Positions 1 through 7,069 of a DNA stretch of 12,797 nucleotides are shown here, one piece after another; position 1 is the first letter of the stretch; each line of letters opens with the position of its first letter. This DNA is from an uncultured Aminicenantes bacterium (GTDB lineage Bacteria > Acidobacteriota > Aminicenantia > UBA2199). Position numbers and translations under genes: made by a program. Below the pieces are notes generated by a model, which made no database searches, was not told the origin of the DNA, and saw only the letters and a list, made by a program, of their open reading frames with translations. The stretch lies in NCBI GenBank assembly GCA_965195285.1, contig CBDAFS010000033.1, positions 1 to 12,797 of the forward strand. Reading direction: 5' to 3'.

Positions 1-387
1 GGCATCATGGGCTTTTGATAATCCCTGGCAGATCTGGGTGGTGAATTCGAGGATCTCGGCGAGGGTCAAGGGGCCAGAGGCAATTTTATCTTTTAATGTC
101 TGGCCTTCCACATATTCCATGGCGATGTAGGTTTGATCTTCATGTTCATTGATCTCATAAATCGTAACGATGTTTGGATGGTTTAATGCTGCTGCGGCTT
201 TGGCTTCCCGCTTGAACCTTTCTTTGGGCGAATCGCCATTCGCCCCTACACTTGTCAATTCTTTAGGAAGGAATTTTAGAGCAATTTTCCTATCTAATTT
301 GGTATCCTCGGCCAGATACACTTCCCCCATGCCGCCTTCACCCAGTTTTTCCAGAATTTTATAGTGTGAGATGATTTTCCCCTTCAC
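1..387 (-). CDS. Hanks-type serine/threonine protein kinase, N-terminal part (runs off the left edge of the window)
   Basis: Not in the ORF track; translated by hand from GTG at 387-385, with SD GGGGAG at 400-395. Reads MKGKIISHYKILEKLGEGGMGEVYLAEDTKLDRKIALKFLP...ERFKREAKAAAALNHPNIVTIYE...YIAMEYVEG...ICQGLSKAHDA. Contains the Gly-rich loop GEGGMGEV, the catalytic Lys (ALK), the alphaC Glu (REA), HPNIV and the MEYV hinge. The frame is open to position 1. Confidence 0.95.
   Translation of the reverse strand, partial: MKGKIISHYKILEKLGEGGMGEVYLAEDTKLDRKIALKFLPKELTSVGANGDSPKERFKREAKAAAALNHPNIVTIYEINEHEDQTYIAMEYVEGQTLKDKIASGPLTLAEILEFTTQICQGLSKAHDA
226..249 (-). repeat. GTAG-type REP-like palindrome inside the kinase CDS
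   Basis: Minus strand reads GTAG-GGGCGAAT-GGCG-ATTCGCCC: a GTAG head, a perfect 8-bp GC-rich stem and a 4-nt loop. It spans exactly 8 codons (VGANGDSP). Confidence 0.7.
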
Positions 388-404
388 CCGTTTACTCCCC
401 CTGA

Positions 405-433
405 TTTATAGCAGAACCTGATTTTTTTTGCAA
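405..433 (-). promoter_or_regulatory. Possible sigma70-type promoter for the kinase gene
   Basis: Minus strand TTGCAA (433-428), 17-nt spacer, then TATAAA (410-405) preceded by TGc (extended -10). The -10 is imperfect and the predicted start site falls within the SD. Confidence 0.3.
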
Positions 434-448
434 TATGTGGTTTTTTGG

Positions 449-1573
449 TTAGATTTGTTCAGAGTAAATCGTAAATTTTTTTAATTTTTCCGGAATCACT
501 TCCACCCCGATACCCGGACCGGAAGGAATATCTATAAATCCATCCTCATCCAGAATCACGGGTTGGTCCACAATATCTTCTGCAAAATAACGGGAGGTTT
601 CCGAGGTATCTCCGGGCAGGGTGAATCCGGGCAGGGTTTGCAGGTGAATGTTAAATGCCCGACCCACCCCGGTCTCCAGCATGCCCCCGGACCAGCAATC
701 CAATCCGTTTTTCAGGCAATAATCCTGGATGGCTCGGGCGGCCAGGATGCCACCCACCCGGCCCTGTTTGATGTTGATGATCCGGCAGCTGTTCAGTTTG
801 ATGGCGGCTTCTGCATCATTGAGACTTTTGATGGATTCATCCAGGCAGATGGGGGTTCTGAGTTCTTTTTGAACCAGCGAATGAAAATAGATATCATCGT
901 ATTCCAGGGGTTGTTCGAGCATCATCAAATTGAATTCATCAAGCTGTTTCAGGAGAGCCAGGTCTGCGATGGAATAATCGGCATTGGCATCTGCCATCAG
1001 GTTGATAACGGGAAAGGTTTTCCGGATGGTTTTCAGGACATCGACATCCATGCCTTTTTTTATTTTGACCTTGACCCGGTGGTACTTTTTTTGTACGGCC
1101 TGCTGGATGGATTCCAGGAGTTCAGAGGTGTTTTTTTTGATTCCAATGCTGATTCCGGACCTGATTTTTTGGGGTTTTCCATTGATGATCGAGTGAAGGG
1201 GCCGGTTGTGTTTCCGGGCCAGAATATCCAGAAGGGCATTTTCTACCGCGGCCTTGGCCATGTGGTGACCCCGGATCCGGGTGAATTGAACCTGGACATC
1301 TTTCATGGAAAAATCCTGTTGTGCATTTAGGATCGGGATTAAAAAATATTTCATGATCAACAATGCCGTCTGGTTGGTTTCATAACTGTAGTAGGGAGCC
1401 GGTGAGGCCACGCATTCCCCCCAGCCGTAACCTTCATCTGCTGATATTTTGATCAACAGGGCCTCTTTATGGGTTTCGGTGCCGAAACTGGTGGTAAAGG
1501 GTTGCACCAGGGGAAGGCGAACCAGAAAAATATCTACCCGGTTGATTGATTTGATCGTCTGTTTCATGTCCAT
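449..1573 (-). CDS. menC: N-succinylamino acid racemase / o-succinylbenzoate synthase (NSAR/OSBS subfamily, enolase superfamily)
   Basis: PFTTSFG loop, GWGECVA, KxK catalytic motif (RVKVKIK), metal ligands in DAN, EQP and LDES, second catalytic Lys in INIKQGRVGG, plus GGMLETGVGR and TLPGFTLPGD. The start may instead be the second ATG at 1567. Confidence 0.9.
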   Translation of the reverse strand: MDMKQTIKSINRVDIFLVRLPLVQPFTTSFGTETHKEALLIKISADEGYGWGECVASPAPYYSYETNQTALLIMKYFLIPILNAQQDFSMKDVQVQFTRIRGHHMAKAAVENALLDILARKHNRPLHSIINGKPQKIRSGISIGIKKNTSELLESIQQAVQKKYHRVKVKIKKGMDVDVLKTIRKTFPVINLMADANADYSIADLALLKQLDEFNLMMLEQPLEYDDIYFHSLVQKELRTPICLDESIKSLNDAEAAIKLNSCRIINIKQGRVGGILAARAIQDYCLKNGLDCWSGGMLETGVGRAFNIHLQTLPGFTLPGDTSETSRYFAEDIVDQPVILDEDGFIDIPSGPGIGVEVIPEKLKKFTIYSEQI

Positions 1574-1593
1574 TTTTTTATTTCGGATTGGCT

Positions 1594-2358
1594 TTATTCA
1601 CGGTTGAGTTTGAAAAAAATTCGCTGTTGATCCGGGGAAAATACCACCTCCCTCACCACATATTTGCAGGCCAGAGCCTGCTCCAGAAGCTGGCGGGTTT
1701 TCATTCTCCATTCAATGGCCTTTTTCATATCCGTTTTTTTTATGGATTGAATATCCAGGGGGGTTTCAATATAGGTGATTTTTTCATCGAAATTTCCAAT
1801 CTGGTTTTCCTGAACATTTCCAATCAATCGGGGGTCCCGGATTTCCATCTTGTGTTTGACCCGCTCGGAGTTTAACAGCCAGGTGGCTATCAGCCGGTCG
1901 GTGGGGAGTCCCTTATGCAAACCGCTTTCCCCCTCACCGTAAATGTTTCTTTCGTACTCATGGCTGGTAATCCCCAATCGGTGAAAGTTAAAAAAGGCAT
2001 TCAGGGATTCGAGGGGATCAAAATTCCATTCGATCACCTCATAACCCATATCCAGTACAGCCTGCCGCTGGGCTTTTTTGAGCATGAAGCCGTATCCCCG
2101 GCCCTGAAATTCCTTTTTTACTGCGGTCATATGAGAATAGATGATGAATTTTTCTCTTCGCTTGCCAATCAGGGCATAAGTAAAACCGATCATCTGTCTA
2201 TTCAGAAACAGGCCATGGACCACTCCCCCGTATTTCTGTACCCGGGTCATCAAATAATGGTTTTCCGTATCCAGGTCGCTGAAGCCCCAGGCATTTTTTT
2301 GAATTTCAATGGTTTTTTGCAATTCGGCAATCTCGGTCAGGGTTTTGATTTCAATCAT
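1594..2358 (-). CDS. GNAT-family acyltransferase, probable D-amino acid N-succinyltransferase
   Basis: Acyl-CoA binding motif YSHMTAVKKEFQGRGYGFMLK, and WNFDPLESLNAFFNFHRLG and YGE...GLPTDRL segments typical of the GNATs encoded beside NSAR genes. Overlaps the M20 gene by 8 bp (ATGATTGA, 2358-2351). Confidence 0.85.
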   Translation of the reverse strand: MIEIKTLTEIAELQKTIEIQKNAWGFSDLDTENHYLMTRVQKYGGVVHGLFLNRQMIGFTYALIGKRREKFIIYSHMTAVKKEFQGRGYGFMLKKAQRQAVLDMGYEVIEWNFDPLESLNAFFNFHRLGITSHEYERNIYGEGESGLHKGLPTDRLIATWLLNSERVKHKMEIRDPRLIGNVQENQIGNFDEKITYIETPLDIQSIKKTDMKKAIEWRMKTRQLLEQALACKYVVREVVFSPDQQRIFFKLNRE

Positions 2359-3484
2359 TTGATATCTCCTGGCAGAGGGCAGTCAATAGTGTGGCCCTGA
2401 AGCCAAAATCGGAAACATCGATATGTTCCCGGGCAGAATGGGCCCCTGCCCCCTTTAGGCCCAGTCCGTCCAGTACCGGGATACCGGCCTGGGAAAGGCT
2501 TGAGCCGTCCGAACTTCCCCCGGAACTGCAGGCCTGGAGTTCATTTCCCAGCCTACGGGAAATTCTCCTGACCCGGGAATACAGCTCCCGGTTTGCCGGA
2601 GTGGGTTCCAGAGGGGGATGGACTTCATGTATTTTAATATGGACCGTGATCCCCTGGAGGTTTTTGATTTTTTTAAGTTTTTCCGATACCCGATTTATAT
2701 CCATGCCGGAAAAACTTCGGAGCTCGCCCATTAAGATACTTTCCCCGCTGGTCATATTGGTTTGATTCCCACCGGAAATGATTCCGGGATTAAAACTGAC
2801 TCCGTGATAATCCTTAAGAATTTCATCAATGGCCTGAATCAACCGCATCAAACCGCGGTTGGCATCCAATCCCTTTTCCGGATCTATCCCGCTGTGAGAA
2901 GTTTTACCATGAAGAGTTGCGGTTATGGATACCACCCCTTTTCTTCTGGTTTTGACCCCGCCCTCCGGGCAGCACGGTTCAGGCAATAAAACAGCTCTGG
3001 CTCCCTGACATTCTTTTAACAGGTAGGGCATGGATCCTTGACTGCCAGTTTCCTCATCAGGAGTGAGAATGAGCTTTAATTTTTTTTTAATATTCAAATT
3101 GAACGCTTGAATGGCTTTAAGCGTGTAATAAAAAAGGGCAATGCCGTTTTTCATATCATAGCTTCCACTTCCATGAAGTTGATGGTTGATGATTTTTATT
3201 TTTATAGGCGTTTCAGAGACTTTTACCGTATCCATGTGGGCCAGCAGAACAATAAAATCATTGGAATCGGGAGAATAGGAGAATTCAAGAATATCCCCCC
3301 CTGGGCATGAAATTCGCTTTTTCTTTAATGTGAATTCAGAAAAAATTTCTTCAAGAAAGTCTGAAAAGGCATTTATGGCTTTCCGGTCTCCCGAATAAGT
3401 CTGAAAAGCGATCATTTGTTTCATCAGATCGATGAACCCATCTCTTTGGTTTTCAAAGTAGGATAATAGACGGTTAAGGTTCAT
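2351..3484 (-). CDS. M20-family metallopeptidase/amidohydrolase (carboxypeptidase G2-like), probable N-succinyl-L-amino acid desuccinylase
   Basis: Zinc-ligand and catalytic motifs AHMDTV, GSYDMKNG, PDEETGS, LPEP and GAHSAREH, plus the dimerisation domain segment GKTSHSG. Specific substrate inferred from gene context. Confidence 0.88.
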   Translation of the reverse strand: MNLNRLLSYFENQRDGFIDLMKQMIAFQTYSGDRKAINAFSDFLEEIFSEFTLKKKRISCPGGDILEFSYSPDSNDFIVLLAHMDTVKVSETPIKIKIINHQLHGSGSYDMKNGIALFYYTLKAIQAFNLNIKKKLKLILTPDEETGSQGSMPYLLKECQGARAVLLPEPCCPEGGVKTRRKGVVSITATLHGKTSHSGIDPEKGLDANRGLMRLIQAIDEILKDYHGVSFNPGIISGGNQTNMTSGESILMGELRSFSGMDINRVSEKLKKIKNLQGITVHIKIHEVHPPLEPTPANRELYSRVRRISRRLGNELQACSSGGSSDGSSLSQAGIPVLDGLGLKGAGAHSAREHIDVSDFGFRATLLTALCQEISND

Positions 3485-3525
3485 CCGGCTTTTCCAGGCT
3501 TTTTCCGGTGTGATCGGATTTTCAA
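3481..3525 (-). CDS. Possible 14-aa upstream ORF (MKIRSHRKKPGKAG) coupled to the M20 gene
   Basis: Perfect SD AGGAGG (3540-3535) lies 9 nt before TTG (3525-3523). The stop TGA (3483-3481) overlaps the M20 ATG as ATGA. Confidence 0.35.
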   Translation of the reverse strand: MKIRSHRKKPGKAG

Positions 3526-3549
3526 TATCGACTGCCTCCTGCTGAAGTA

Positions 3550-3578
3550 ATTATAGAACAGGACAACTTCTCTTTCAA
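3550..3578 (-). promoter_or_regulatory. Sigma70-type promoter for the M20-GNAT-NSAR operon
   Basis: Minus strand TTGAAA (3578-3573), 17-nt spacer, TATAAT (3555-3550). Confidence 0.75.
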
Positions 3579-3620
3579 CCGGGAACCGTAAGAGAATTTA
3601 TCTGACAGAAGATTCGCTGT

Positions 3621-3649
3621 TTGACAGAGTGATGGTTATTGATTATAAT
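3621..3649 (+). promoter_or_regulatory. Perfect-consensus sigma70-type promoter for the bacillithiol operon
   Basis: TTGACA (3621-3626), 17-nt spacer, TATAAT (3644-3649). Confidence 0.85.
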
Positions 3650-3691
3650 TTTTCTTTAACGAATTACGATAGAAATTTTTCATTTTCATGA

Positions 3692-3719
3692 CAGTTTTAA
3701 CCGGTGACTGGTAAAACTG
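3692..3719 (+). promoter_or_regulatory. Inverted repeat / hairpin in the 5' UTR just upstream of the SD
   Basis: CAGTTTTA (3692-3699) pairs with TAAAACTG (3712-3719). An inner CCGG/CTGG stem closes a TGA loop. SD AAGGA at 3723-3727. Confidence 0.5.
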
Positions 3720-3733
3720 AATAAGGACCACAA

Positions 3734-4372
3734 ATGATATTTGAACAGATCCCCTGTGGTGGTGACCGGAATTTCGGTTATCTGGTTGCCTGTGAAACAT
3801 CACAACTGGCCGCAGTGATAGACCCCTCTCCGGAACCGCATCAATGCTGGGACCGGGTTGAGAAACTAAAGCTCCGGGTTGAGTATGTGATCAACACCCA
3901 TTCGCATGCCGATCATGCCGGGGGCAACTCATTTTTTAAAGTAAAATCTCAGGCTGCCATTGTGACCCATGCTTCGGTTGTATCCGGTGATATCCGGGTT
4001 GAAAACAGCCAATCGTTGCCCCTGGGTGAATTAACCCTGTTGTTTCTACATACCCCGGGCCACACCGAAGATTCAATATGTGTGAAAATCAACCGGGAGC
4101 TGGTAACCGGGGACACGCTTTTTGTGGGGAAAGTCGGAGGCACCTATTCAGCCTCTGCATCCCGGATGGAATTTGAAAGCTTGAAGGGTTTAATGAAACT
4201 GGAAGATGATATCCGGATCTGGCCGGGTCATAATTACGGGGTGAGACCGTCTTCAACCATCGGGAATGAGCGGAAAAACAATCCCTTCATACTCAGGTTG
4301 AATAATTTCCAGAATTTTGTCTGGCTCAAGGACAATTGGGCGGAATACAAGAGGGGACACAATATTCCCTGA
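3734..4372 (+). CDS. MBL-fold metallo-hydrolase (glyoxalase II / hydroxyacylglutathione hydrolase-like)
   Basis: HxHxDH motif THSHADH, plus HTPGHT, TGDTLF, PGHNY and STIGNERKNNPF. Confidence 0.9.
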   Translation: MIFEQIPCGGDRNFGYLVACETSQLAAVIDPSPEPHQCWDRVEKLKLRVEYVINTHSHADHAGGNSFFKVKSQAAIVTHASVVSGDIRVENSQSLPLGELTLLFLHTPGHTEDSICVKINRELVTGDTLFVGKVGGTYSASASRMEFESLKGLMKLEDDIRIWPGHNYGVRPSSTIGNERKNNPFILRLNNFQNFVWLKDNWAEYKRGHNIP

Positions 4373-4386
4373 CCGATTTTACGATC

Positions 4387-5124
4387 ATGAATATAAAGAA
4401 AAATGAGGTTCCCTGGTATGAGAGCTGGTTTGATCGAAATTACCTGCAGTTGTATCAGCATCGCAATTCCAATGAGGCCAAAGCCCAGATTGATTTGATT
4501 GTACGGTTAGTTGGCCTGAAAAAGGGCCATCGCATATTGGATCTTGCCTGCGGGGATGGCCGCTATACTCATTTGTTGAATAGCCGGGGTTACCGGACCG
4601 TGGGACTGGATTTGTCCAGAGAGTTGATTGATGAAGGACTGAATAAATACGGCCCCTTGAATCTGGTCGTGGGTGATATGCGTGCCATTCCGGGAACCTA
4701 CGATATCATTCTGTCCCTGTTTACCAGTTTCGGTTATTTCAATGAGGACAGCGAAAATTACCGGGTTTTTGAGTCAATAAAATCTTCCCTGGTTGATGGG
4801 GGCTGGTTCTGGCTGGATTTTCTGAATCCCGGATTTATCGAGGAAAATCTGGTGCCTGAGACAGTTACAGAAATTTCCTCGACATGCCAGGTAATTGAAA
4901 GGCGTCAGATTGTGAAAAACAGAATCGTCAAGGATATCATTTTTTTTAAAGACGGTGAAGAGAAATGCTACAAGGAGTCGGTACGACTCTATTCCAGGAA
5001 TGAACTGGAATCCATGTTCACGCAGGCCGGCTTCAAGACCGAGGGATGTTTTGGCGATTACCAGGGAAATCAATGGCAGGAACATGCAGAACGCACGATC
5101 ATATATGGGAAAAAAGGACATTGA
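4387..5124 (+). CDS. Class I SAM-dependent methyltransferase (candidate bacillithiol N-methyltransferase, NmbA-like)
   Basis: Motif I ILDLACGDGR, plus GLDLS, GDMR and LFTSFGYF. ATG 4387 preferred over TTG 4336, which overlaps the MBL gene. The stop overlaps the bshC start (TTGA, 5121-5124). The NmbA-like assignment rests on gene context. Confidence 0.88.
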   Translation: MNIKKNEVPWYESWFDRNYLQLYQHRNSNEAKAQIDLIVRLVGLKKGHRILDLACGDGRYTHLLNSRGYRTVGLDLSRELIDEGLNKYGPLNLVVGDMRAIPGTYDIILSLFTSFGYFNEDSENYRVFESIKSSLVDGGWFWLDFLNPGFIEENLVPETVTEISSTCQVIERRQIVKNRIVKDIIFFKDGEEKCYKESVRLYSRNELESMFTQAGFKTEGCFGDYQGNQWQEHAERTIIYGKKGH

Positions 5125-6347
5125 ATAAGACCGTTGTTACCGGCCAGCAAATCGGATTGCTGGGCGGCCCCCTGTATACCACTTACAAAGTTCTGGGGGC
5201 AGTGTGCCTGGCCAGGAAAATCAAGGGCCGGGCGGTATACTGGCTGGAGACCAATGATGCGGATTTCGACGAGATCAATCATGTCGATTATATTGATTCC
5301 GAAGGAAAACTCAGAAAGCTGACCTGGGATATCAATCCCCGGGGCTATTCGGTCGGATATGTTGAAGTGGACAGGAAACTGGTATCCTTGGTTCGGGATT
5401 TTTTTGATAGCCTGCGGCAAACTGAATTTACACCGAGTTTGAAGGCCATGGCCCTTGAGGCGTATTCATTGGGCAGAACGCTGGGGCAGGCCTCTGCCGA
5501 TCTGGCCAGAAGCCTGTTTGGACGTTTCGGGATCGAAATTTTTGATCCTCGCCATGAGGATTTTCTTAAGGCCAGCCGTGATATTCTGGTCCGGGAGGCC
5601 GAAAGAACCCGGGAGGGCCAGCAGTGTAACCTGTTCAGCGTGAGGAATAAAAAAAGAGTGGCTGTTTTTAGAGGGGAATCCGGTTTTCATGACCGTAATG
5701 GACACCCTGTTGATTTGAACAAATTTGACCTGGTGCCCAATGTCAAAACCCGGAACCTGATTCAGGATCGGTTTTTTAAAACCCATACGTATGTAGCCGG
5801 CCCTTCCGAAGTTCAGTACATCGGAGAACTGGATGATATGTATGCCTTTCACCGGGTATCCAAACCCGAAATCGAAGAGCGTATGACCCTGATCCTGATC
5901 GAGCCCAAGACAAGCAGGGTTCTGTTGAAAATGGGGATTGATATATCGGAAATACTTTCATCGGAAAAAGCTGGTTTTTTAAAGCAGATGGTCAAAGAGT
6001 TTACCGGTTTTGATCACCGGGATGTTATGGAGTCCAGTCAAGATCTCAGCCGGGACTTTCTGGCCTCGCTGGAAAAACTCGGACTGGATACCCGGATGAT
6101 CGGAAGATCCCTGGATCTAACCATAAGGGAGGCTATCGGGAAGCGGCGGGCAGAGAGCAAGCAATCGATTTCGAATGCCTTGAGCCGGGTCCATTCCCTG
6201 TTTGATCATTTGAAGCCCTATGGAAAAAAGCAGGAACGGGTCTTTAACCTGTTTTATTTCCTGAACCTCTATGGCGGTCTTGATTTTATCGACTGGTTGT
6301 ATGATCATTATGATGTCGGTCTGGATAAATTGGAGATAAAAGAATGA
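5121..6347 (+). CDS. bshC: Bacillithiol biosynthesis cysteine-adding enzyme BshC (short, 408-aa form)
   Basis: VVTGQQIGLLGGPLYTTYK, YWLETNDADFDEINH, PNVKTRNLIQD, YVAGPSEVQY and C-terminal QERVFN match BshC motifs. TTG start at 5121 is coupled to the upstream stop. Adjacent to bshB1 and bshA. Confidence 0.85.
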   Translation: MNKTVVTGQQIGLLGGPLYTTYKVLGAVCLARKIKGRAVYWLETNDADFDEINHVDYIDSEGKLRKLTWDINPRGYSVGYVEVDRKLVSLVRDFFDSLRQTEFTPSLKAMALEAYSLGRTLGQASADLARSLFGRFGIEIFDPRHEDFLKASRDILVREAERTREGQQCNLFSVRNKKRVAVFRGESGFHDRNGHPVDLNKFDLVPNVKTRNLIQDRFFKTHTYVAGPSEVQYIGELDDMYAFHRVSKPEIEERMTLILIEPKTSRVLLKMGIDISEILSSEKAGFLKQMVKEFTGFDHRDVMESSQDLSRDFLASLEKLGLDTRMIGRSLDLTIREAIGKRRAESKQSISNALSRVHSLFDHLKPYGKKQERVFNLFYFLNLYGGLDFIDWLYDHYDVGLDKLEIKE

Positions 6348-7069
6348 AACTTGACGTGATGGCTTTTGGGTCCCATCCGGATGATTGCGAACTGAGCATG
6401 GGCGGGACCCTGCTGGTTCTCAAGAACCTTTCATACCGGGTGGGGGTATGTGACCTCAGTTCCGGAGAAATGGGAACCTATGGTTCCGGTGCTGATAGAA
6501 AAAAGGAATTAAAAAACGCATCCGAGATTCTCGGTCTTGAGGTTCGGGTCACCCTGGATCTGCCTGACGGTTGCATCCGGGATAACCATGAAAACCGGAT
6601 GAAAATCATTGAGGTGATCCGGCGGTATTCACCGGGGATTGTATTCGGATTCATTGATAATACCCGTCATCCGGATCATTACCATGCCGGGGAATTGGTG
6701 AAAGAGTGCAGTTTTCTGGCCGGATTAGAAAAATTAAAAGGCAATTTTCCGGCTCACCGTCCCCAGGCCCTGTTTCGTTTCCCGGAACTGATCCCCTGGG
6801 AGAGGCCTGACTTCGTGGTTGATATATCGGATTTCTGGGACAAAAAAATGGAAGTCTTGAAGTGTTACCAGTCTCAGTTTACCACCGGTCATGTGGAAAC
6901 CGAGCCACCGAAAACCTTACTGAAATCAAAGGAACTCTGGGAATTGCTGGAGGCCAAGGCCAGGATGGCCGGGAGTATGATCGGGGTAAAATACGGAGAG
7001 CCTTTTTATTCGAGCCGGCCGCTCAGGGTTCTGGATCCCTTTGGAATCGCCCCCAAGGAGTTCACATGA
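6344..7069 (+). CDS. bshB1: N-acetyl-alpha-D-glucosaminyl L-malate deacetylase (PIG-L family)
   Basis: SHPDDCE, GEMGT, RHPDH and YQSQF motifs and C-terminal GVKYGEPF. ATGA overlaps with both bshC and bshA. Confidence 0.92.
   Translation: MKLDVMAFGSHPDDCELSMGGTLLVLKNLSYRVGVCDLSSGEMGTYGSGADRKKELKNASEILGLEVRVTLDLPDGCIRDNHENRMKIIEVIRRYSPGIVFGFIDNTRHPDHYHAGELVKECSFLAGLEKLKGNFPAHRPQALFRFPELIPWERPDFVVDISDFWDKKMEVLKCYQSQFTTGHVETEPPKTLLKSKELWELLEAKARMAGSMIGVKYGEPFYSSRPLRVLDPFGIAPKEFT

Noticed and set aside
170-364. 64-aa + strand ORF
   Set aside because: Antisense shadow of the kinase gene, which has clear motifs on the - strand.
611-637. Direct repeat TCCGGGCAGGGT x2
   Set aside because: Encodes the TLPG-F-TLPG protein motif typical of NSAR/OSBS enzymes; not an independent DNA repeat.
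563-1330. 255-aa + strand ORF, and the other short ORFs antisense to or nested in the called genes
   Set aside because: They overlap well-supported genes and have no recognisable motifs; they are typical codon-bias shadow ORFs.
4336-4386. Longer methyltransferase start at TTG 4336
   Set aside because: Overlaps the MBL gene by 37 nt with poor SD spacing; ATG 4387 fits the operon layout better, though it also lacks a clear SD.
5046-5120. N-terminal extension of BshC from the ORF track
   Set aside because: Lies inside the methyltransferase CDS and is not BshC-like; the coupled TTG at 5121 is more plausible.
6862-7065. 68-aa N-terminal extension of BshA
   Set aside because: Overlaps bshB1; ATG 7066 has an SD, an ATGA overlap and the family-typical N-terminus.
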